Origin: Nitrospinaceae bacterium
Lineage (GTDB): Bacteria; Nitrospinota; Nitrospinia; Nitrospinales; VA-1
Assembly (NCBI GenBank): GCA_046754465.1
Contig: JBHHVU010000072.1
Span: 1 to 13,728, forward strand
Length of the DNA: 13,728 nucleotides
Reading direction: 5' to 3'
In this document: positions 8,139-13,728 of the stretch, piece after piece
Numbering within the stretch: the stretch's first letter is position 1
How the letters are laid out: the number at the start of each line of letters is the position of its first letter
Translations under genes and position numbers: made by a program
Notes under the pieces: model-generated
Told to the model about the DNA's origin: nothing
Seen by the model: the letters and a program-made list of their open reading frames with translations, nothing else
Database searches by the model: none

Positions 8139-8167
8139 AATTTATCGTCTATTCGTCCGCCTGTCAA
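8139..8167 (-). promoter_or_regulatory. Sigma70-type promoter for 8037/7713
   Basis: On the - strand: TTGACA (8167-8162), 17-nt spacer, TAAATT (8144-8139). Confidence 0.6.
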
Positions 8168-8296
8168 TTCACTTGCCGTATTAAAATATTAAACGGAAAA
8201 CAGGTGTGGATTTTTAAAGCCAGTAAATGATTGTTTTGTAACCGGGGGAATAAGGTCCCCCGCGAGGGCGGAATATAAATTAAATGGAGGGGGATT

Positions 8297-9445
8297 TCAT
8301 CCCGCATTTTTTTGATTCAGCTTGGCGACGAGTTGTCCCCGCGTGTGGACGCCCATTTTCTTATGAATGTTTTTGATGTGATTTTTGGCCGTGTTCAAGC
8401 TGATGAACAGACGGTCGGCGATCTCCCGGTCATCGATGCCATCCCGGACCAGCGTGGCGATTTCCATTTCCCGCCTCGTCAGCCCGTGGGTCTGCATCAA
8501 CAGATTCATTTGGGAAAACGGTTCCACCGCCGGTTTCATGCGCAGGAGCCAGCATTTATCCTCCATCTCACCTCCGGAGTTCAGCAGCGTTACCACCATC
8601 CGGAAAAATCCCTGGGGCAGCTTGACGAAAGGAAATTCGATGGCCGAGGAATCGGCGTGGTAGGGGGGACCCTGATTTTCCGCTTCCCACTCAAGAGGAA
8701 GGGATATCTCCCGGGGAAGCCGATGACCGGGATTAAGGGAAATCAAGCTTGAAAAAGACGCGTTCCGGAAAAGAACCCGGTGATCCAGACTGAGAAGAGC
8801 GATAGCTGTGGGTGCGGCGGTCAATGCATTGGCCAGCTCATTGTATTTCATCAATTCCTGGTTCAGCACCAAGGTCTTGATGGCTTGAACCAGATGGGGA
8901 TGAAGCAGTTCCATCACCCGGATGTCCCGCAGGGTCCATGGTTTATCCCATGGGATACGGCGGTGCAGTCCCAGTCCCAGGTTGAAATCTGGACGGTCCA
9001 CCGCCACCAAAACATTCCGGGTTCCGTTCAATCCCGGGAATTCATTCCGGTCATATTCCGGATGCTCGGCAAAAAAATTATCCTTTTCCCTTTGAAAAAC
9101 TTCTCGGGGAATATCGATATCGTGGGCGATGACCGGACGGGACGTGACCGCCATTTTTTTGGGGATGGAATCTTGGTAAGGGAAAAATTTGTCGATAAAA
9201 TCCGCCGGTTCATTGTCCATGCCCACCGAGTCAATAAATTTGGAAAGGGTCATTTTTCCCGAGGCAAAATCGAAATCGAACCAAACCCATAAACCCGACT
9301 GAGCTTCAAATAAAGGAAGCAAATGATTCTGGATGCAGGTCCTGATGTCCTCGCGGGTGCGGCAGCCGTGGACCCGGGTGATCAAATCCAGAATGGCGAG
9401 GTAATCCTTTTCCGGAAGAGAAATGGATTTTTTATTCTTTCCCAT
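8297..9445 (-). CDS. LuxR/CsgD-family HTH transcriptional regulator with N-terminal GAF-like and PAS-like regions
   Basis: C-terminal LTRREMEIATLVRDGIDDREIADRLFISLNTAKNHIKNIHKKMGV. GAF-type ending (LHRR..PWTLRDIRVMELLHPHL). PAS-like AIALLSLDHRVLFRN. Confidence 0.9.
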   Translation of the reverse strand: MGKNKKSISLPEKDYLAILDLITRVHGCRTREDIRTCIQNHLLPLFEAQSGLWVWFDFDFASGKMTLSKFIDSVGMDNEPADFIDKFFPYQDSIPKKMAVTSRPVIAHDIDIPREVFQREKDNFFAEHPEYDRNEFPGLNGTRNVLVAVDRPDFNLGLGLHRRIPWDKPWTLRDIRVMELLHPHLVQAIKTLVLNQELMKYNELANALTAAPTAIALLSLDHRVLFRNASFSSLISLNPGHRLPREISLPLEWEAENQGPPYHADSSAIEFPFVKLPQGFFRMVVTLLNSGGEMEDKCWLLRMKPAVEPFSQMNLLMQTHGLTRREMEIATLVRDGIDDREIADRLFISLNTAKNHIKNIHKKMGVHTRGQLVAKLNQKNAG

Positions 9446-9554
9446 GATTCCACCTTGTGTTGCGGATATCCTAGTTTACCGGCCCTCCCGTGAGTTTCAA
9501 CCCCAATCGGAGGTCCATCGGGATCAGGCCCGGAATCTTAGAATTATCTTTCTT

Positions 9555-9584
9555 TTGGCAATGTTCCACCAGGTCCTTTAGAAT
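9555..9584 (+). promoter_or_regulatory. Candidate sigma70 promoter for the DAGK-family gene
   Basis: TTGGCA (9555-9560), 18-nt spacer, TAGAAT (9579-9584). Confidence 0.45.
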
Positions 9585-9662
9585 CGCCTCGAAATTTCAT
9601 GAATCGGGAGGAGTGCTATTTCTGAATCCGGGAACAAGTCGATTTTCCGCCGCCGTGTCCTG

Positions 9663-10547
9663 GTGGTCCGCAATCCCGCGGCAGGGGGCAGGAAACAGTT
9701 GTTTGAATCCACCTTGGGAGCGCTGAAGCGTTTTGGGGTTAAGGTGGATGTGGGGCAAACCGGCGCCGCCGGAGAGGAAGAGGAGCTTATCCGCGAGGCG
9801 GCCAGGGATAAAACCTATGATGCCGTAGTAGCCGCTGGGGGAGACGGCACCATCCGAAAAATGGTCGCCGGTATTCTGGGAACGTCCCTGCCTTTGGGGA
9901 TCATTCCCCTAGGGACGATAAACGTGCTGGCCCTGGAAATCGGCCTCGAACCGGACCCCGAACGGGTGGCCCGGTCCATCGCCTTTGGTCCGGCCGAACG
10001 CATCCAGGTGGGGTTGATCAACGGCCGGCCTTTCGTTCTAATGGTTGGGGCGGGTCTGGACGGCCGGGTGGTCGCCGGGGTTTCCCCCGCCTTAAAAAAA
10101 ATTTTCGGAAAGGGGGCTTATGTTTTGGCGGGTATCAGGAATCTGATGTGCCGGTCCCCCGCGGAATTGACCGCTACCGTGGACGGGAAGGATTACCAGG
10201 CCTCCTGGGTCATCGTTTCCAACGGGACCTATTATGCGGGCAAATATTTGTTGGCTCCGGGCACCCATCTGGCGAATCCCGGGTTCACCGTTTCCCTGTT
10301 TCAGGCGGTCCGCCGGCTGGGGAGTGCCGCCGAACTTGTGGCCCTGATCAGCCGTGGAGCCTGGGGAAGACCGGCGCTGCAATTGTACGGCACCAGGAAA
10401 ATTGTTCTGCGGTCCATGGGGGTGGAACCGGTTCAGGCGGATGGGGATAGTGTGGGCCGGTTGCCCGTAACCATCCGCCCGGCCTCTCATCCCCTGCCGA
10501 TCATTTTGCCTGAGGATTACCCCCGGAGGGGGACGGTCCCGCGTTGA
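9663..10547 (+). CDS. Diacylglycerol/lipid kinase family protein (YegS/BmrU/DagK-like); true start probably upstream, possibly ATT at 9618
   Basis: NPAAG, AAGGDGT, LGIIPLGTxNVLA, GAGLDG, SNGTYYAG and QADGD motifs. Confidence 0.92.
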   Translation: MVRNPAAGGRKQLFESTLGALKRFGVKVDVGQTGAAGEEEELIREAARDKTYDAVVAAGGDGTIRKMVAGILGTSLPLGIIPLGTINVLALEIGLEPDPERVARSIAFGPAERIQVGLINGRPFVLMVGAGLDGRVVAGVSPALKKIFGKGAYVLAGIRNLMCRSPAELTATVDGKDYQASWVIVSNGTYYAGKYLLAPGTHLANPGFTVSLFQAVRRLGSAAELVALISRGAWGRPALQLYGTRKIVLRSMGVEPVQADGDSVGRLPVTIRPASHPLPIILPEDYPRRGTVPR

Positions 10548-10681
10548 TATTCATGAATCCGGGAAAAGGCCGGGGAAGGCCCGAACGGCAAAATGGAAAT
10601 TCCCCGGAAAGGGGGATGGGGTTTCCTTTTTTCTTGAAGGGGTGTCACCGGTCTTCAAGGAATTTGAACAGAATGCGCAGG

Positions 10682-10903
10682 TCAGTCCGCTTTGATGCGG
10701 TAAAAATAATCTCCCAGCTGGAAGGCGCTTCCAGTGCGGACCACTCCCAAAAACCGTTTCAGCTTGTCTTCGGGCAGTTCGGTCAAGACTTTTTCCTGGA
10801 GTTCCTCGGTGGAAATTTCTTCCCAAAACGAGTAATCCGCGGACCTTTCAAGGGGAAACCGGGAAATGTCTTCCATTTCAATATGAAACTGATCTCGTAC
10901 CAT
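10682..10903 (-). CDS. Small hypothetical protein (73 aa, acidic)
   Basis: ATG with GGAAGA upstream, protein-like composition, AT-rich promoter-like region upstream, no overlap with confident genes. Confidence 0.7.
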   Translation of the reverse strand: MVRDQFHIEMEDISRFPLERSADYSFWEEISTEELQEKVLTELPEDKLKRFLGVVRTGSAFQLGDYFYRIKAD

Positions 10904-11071
10904 CGTTCTTCCATCTTATAACAATCCACCGCTGAAACCGTAATTATTATTCAATATAAAAGATATCCGTCGTCCGCGGAATATTTCCTGCACTTTACGG
11001 GATCGTGGAAAAAATTCCATCCTCCAACAGGCCGGATGAATGAAGCCGGGAGGGATAGCTATTTTTGTCCG

Positions 11072-11100
11072 TTGCCAACCCCGAGGCGGTTTGTTATTTT
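11072..11100 (+). promoter_or_regulatory. Candidate sigma70 promoter for coaX
   Basis: TTGCCA (11072-11077), 17-nt spacer, TATTTT (11095-11100) with an extended TG at 11092-11093. Confidence 0.5.
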
Positions 11101-11168
11101 TAAACCACCTTAATTAATAGAAAATCCCGGACCCCATGGGGTTTGCGGTTCAACCGGGCGGAGACAAC

Positions 11169-11969
11169 ATGCTTTTGGTGATTGATGTCGGCAATACGAA
11201 TAATGTGATCGGTCTATTTTCAGAGCATAAGCTGTTAACGCACTGGCGGATCCGCACGGAATGGAATCGGACCGCGGATGAATACTGGGTGCTGATCAAG
11301 GAATTCATCCTGCTGAGCCAGGTCCAGACCGAAACCGTAGACGATATCATCATCGCTTGTGTGGTGCCCCCGTTGATCCCGGTCCTGAAAGAAATGTCCA
11401 AAAAATATTTTTCCTGCGATCCCCTGATCGTGGGGCCGGGCATCAAAACGGGGATATCGATTTTGTACCGCAACCCGGTGGAAGTGGGGGCGGACCGGAT
11501 TGTCAACGCGGTGGCGGCCTTCGAGAAATACGGGGGGCCATTGATCATCCTGGATTTCGGCACCGCCACCACATTTGACGCGGTTTCCGAAAAGGGCGAG
11601 TACCTGGGCGGGGCCATCTTTCCGGGAATACAGATTTCGATGGAGGCCCTGTTCAACAAAGCGGCCAAACTTCCCCGCGTGGAATTGACCGTGCCAGAGC
11701 ACGTGATCGGCCGCTCCACCCTGGAAAGCATTCAATCGGGCGCCGTCCATGGATTCGTCGGGATGGTCGACACCATGGTCGAAAAGTTTCGCGAAGAGCT
11801 TGGACAAAAAGGCAAAGTGATCGCCACCGGAGGCATCGTGGACTGGATCGCTTCGCGGACGAAGACCATCGATACCATCGATCCCTTTCTCACACTCGAT
11901 GGATTGCGGATCGTTTACGAAAAAAACAGGGAGCTGCGTCCGGGAAGGGGTCCCACCGATCCGCCCTGA
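11169..11969 (+). CDS. coaX: Type III pantothenate kinase
   Basis: MLLVIDVGNTN, YRNPxEVGADR, DFGTATTFD, YLGGAIxPG and VIATGG motifs. GGAG RBS before ATG 11169. Confidence 0.97.
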   Translation: MLLVIDVGNTNNVIGLFSEHKLLTHWRIRTEWNRTADEYWVLIKEFILLSQVQTETVDDIIIACVVPPLIPVLKEMSKKYFSCDPLIVGPGIKTGISILYRNPVEVGADRIVNAVAAFEKYGGPLIILDFGTATTFDAVSEKGEYLGGAIFPGIQISMEALFNKAAKLPRVELTVPEHVIGRSTLESIQSGAVHGFVGMVDTMVEKFREELGQKGKVIATGGIVDWIASRTKTIDTIDPFLTLDGLRIVYEKNRELRPGRGPTDPP

Positions 11970-12001
11970 CCGAAAGGTCCGACACGGTCAGCGAAGGCGG
12001 G

Positions 12002-12088
12002 AAAAAAAACACCGGCTTTTCCTCATAATGGAGAGGGGCTGAAGCGGAGCAAGAGGAACCGCTGCCACTATTCGAAAAAGCCGGTGTT
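12002..12088 (-). terminator. Large stem-loop followed by a U-tract on the - strand, between convergent genes
   Basis: 13-bp perfect inverted repeat AACACCGGCTTTT (12008-12020) / AAAAGCCGGTGTT (12076-12088). A8 at 12002-12009 gives U8 on the - strand. Confidence 0.5.
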
Positions 12089-12111
12089 CGCTTCGTGGTT
12101 GGGCGCCGAAA

Positions 12112-12360
12112 CTAATTTCGGCGCGGAGGGGTCACTTTCTTGATGAACAACCGGATGATTCCATGTTCGTCATCAATATCCGAAATTTTGCATCCCTTCG
12201 ATTTCCCCCAGGCTTTAAAGGCATCGGTGAAATTTTTCTTGCGGTCCAATATGATTTCCAAAGCACCGTTCCTTTTAATGCCGGTAAAAGCTTTCGATGC
12301 CGCCTGGAAGGCGTTAAAGAAGGAAAGTCCCCTAATATCGACTGTCTTAAATACCACCAT
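12112..12360 (-). CDS. TusA/SirA-like protein lacking the CPxP motif
   Basis: TVDIRGLS..., GALEIILD, AW.KSKG and RLFIKK fit the TusA fold pattern, at 82 aa. Confidence 0.78.
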   Translation of the reverse strand: MVVFKTVDIRGLSFFNAFQAASKAFTGIKRNGALEIILDRKKNFTDAFKAWGKSKGCKISDIDDEHGIIRLFIKKVTPPRRN

Positions 12361-12723
12361 AAACTTTGCAACCCCCTGTTGAGCGATTGAACGAATCGAA
12401 AATCCCTTTTCTTGCTAGTACGGAACCACATTCTAGAAAATGAAAATTAAAAATCCGTTAATGAATGATTAATTTTTTTTAATATTGCGCTGAAACCCTC
12501 GATAAAATAGGGGGTTGCGGTGGACTTTTCTCGCCAACTCATTGAAATTCATGGGAATAAATGTTGATGGGGAAAGGTGGCCGGAAAATTTTTAACGGCG
12601 CTTTTCCTCAACAAAGCGTGGAAAGCGGGGGGTTAGCCCGGAAAAAAAGGACGGATCCCTCCCCTTATCCCGCCCCATAAATCGTTTGAGGAAACATTTC
12701 GTAACTTGATAAAATATTTCGGG

Positions 12724-12760
12724 TGGCAATTTGCCATGATTTGGCTCACCCTATTAGAAT
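12724..12760 (+). promoter_or_regulatory. Candidate sigma70 promoter with a palindrome overlapping the -35 box
   Basis: TTGCCA (12731-12736), 18-nt spacer, TAGAAT (12755-12760). TGGCAA-T-TTGCCA palindrome at 12724-12736. Confidence 0.5.
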
Positions 12761-12784
12761 CTTTTGATTTTTCAGGAGTCAGTT

Positions 12785-13720
12785 ATGGGTATTATTCGTG
12801 GCGGGGATTCCGAGTACGAAGCGCAAGTTCCGTCTTTTGAACAAAAAACCAAAAAGCTGGAAGAAACCATCCGCTCCGCCCTGCAAACGGATTCCACGGT
12901 CCTCCAGTTAAAGGGCCGGTATTTCGCCACCGATGAAATGACCGTCATTTCCGGATCGGAGCAGGTGCGGTCCGTCAAGTCCCTGGATTTGTCCGATAAC
13001 CAGATTAATGATGAAGGACTCGGAATCCTTTTCGAATCCCCCAATCTTGCGGGCTTGGAAGAATTGTATCTCGGGATCAATTTTGTGACAGATAGGGGAA
13101 TTCTCGGTCTTGCCCAATCGACCCGCCTGGCAATGACCCACCTCAAGGTTTTGAGTCTCTCCGACAACAAACTGACGGATGCCTCCCTGTCGGAACTGGT
13201 CCGGTCCCCGAACTTCAATTGCCTGGAGTTTCTGGATATTGGGTGGAATGAAGTGGGCAACGGGACCGCACAGGCTCTGGGAGAAACAAATACCCTGGCG
13301 AACCTGAAGAAACTCGACCTGGAAAGAGGATATATCGACAGTGAAGGCGTCAACCATCTGGTCCGGGGGCGGGTGATCGAGCATTTGGAAGAGCTCAACC
13401 TATCCGCCAACAAGCTCAACGACGAGGCGGTCCAGATCCTGGCGAACACGCCCAAACTGTCCTCCCTGCGCGTATTGAGACTTTCGCAGAACTTGTTCGG
13501 CGACGAAGGGGCGAAAGCCTTGGGGGCATCGGCCACCCTCACCGGCCTGACCCACCTGTATATGGGACGGAACCTCTTTGGTCCCGAAGGAGCCAAGGCG
13601 GTCTTTGAGACGAAAACCCTCACCCGCCTGAAAACCCTGATGCTCCAGGAGGGAGTGGAAACCACGCCCGGCCTCGTCAATTATTCCCGGCCCGAACTCC
13701 TGCGCCCCGGCCACGAATAG
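12785..13720 (+). CDS. Leucine-rich repeat protein (RNI-like, about 28-aa repeats)
   Basis: About 8 repeats of LxxLxLxxNxIxDEG (LDLSDNQINDEG, LNLSANKLNDEA, LRLSQNLFGDEG...). AGGAG RBS before ATG 12785. Confidence 0.93.
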   Translation: MGIIRGGDSEYEAQVPSFEQKTKKLEETIRSALQTDSTVLQLKGRYFATDEMTVISGSEQVRSVKSLDLSDNQINDEGLGILFESPNLAGLEELYLGINFVTDRGILGLAQSTRLAMTHLKVLSLSDNKLTDASLSELVRSPNFNCLEFLDIGWNEVGNGTAQALGETNTLANLKKLDLERGYIDSEGVNHLVRGRVIEHLEELNLSANKLNDEAVQILANTPKLSSLRVLRLSQNLFGDEGAKALGASATLTGLTHLYMGRNLFGPEGAKAVFETKTLTRLKTLMLQEGVETTPGLVNYSRPELLRPGHE

Positions 13721-13728
13721 TTTTCCTG

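Noticed and set aside
11169..11969. coaX as part of the ACP cluster (CoA/phosphopantetheine supply)
   Set aside because: It is about 5 kb away, separated by unrelated genes, and is a housekeeping gene. The link is unsupported without synteny.
12724..12740. Sigma54 promoter
   Set aside because: The GG to GC spacing does not match the -24/-12 consensus.
12772..13680. 302-aa antisense ORF
   Set aside because: Shadow of the LRR gene, with Ser/Arg-rich non-protein-like composition.

Overview
Bacterial chromosomal window of about 16 genes. The gene mix suggests a free-living Gram-negative chemolithotroph such as Nitrospinota, but this is an impression only. The main feature is a divergent carrier-protein cluster. 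A TauD/SyrP-like Fe(II)/2-oxoglutarate dioxygenase and an acyl-adenylate ligase lie on the - strand, followed closely by an ankyrin lipoprotein and a Rap1a-type immunity-like protein. Facing them on the + strand is an acyl carrier protein translationally coupled to a large MBOAT membrane acyltransferase. This resembles a Dlt-like 'activate, load on ACP, transfer across the membrane' system with an added oxidative tailoring step and probably a non-amino-acid substrate. The rest of the window holds a pentapeptide-repeat protein, small hypotheticals, a PEGA-like lipoprotein, a LuxR-HTH regulator, a YegS/DAGK-family kinase with a possible AUU start, coaX, a TusA-like protein lacking the CPxP cysteine, and an RNI-like LRR protein. 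Non-coding features include a hairpin-rich 55-bp exact direct repeat at the left edge and a large stem-loop downstream of coaX.
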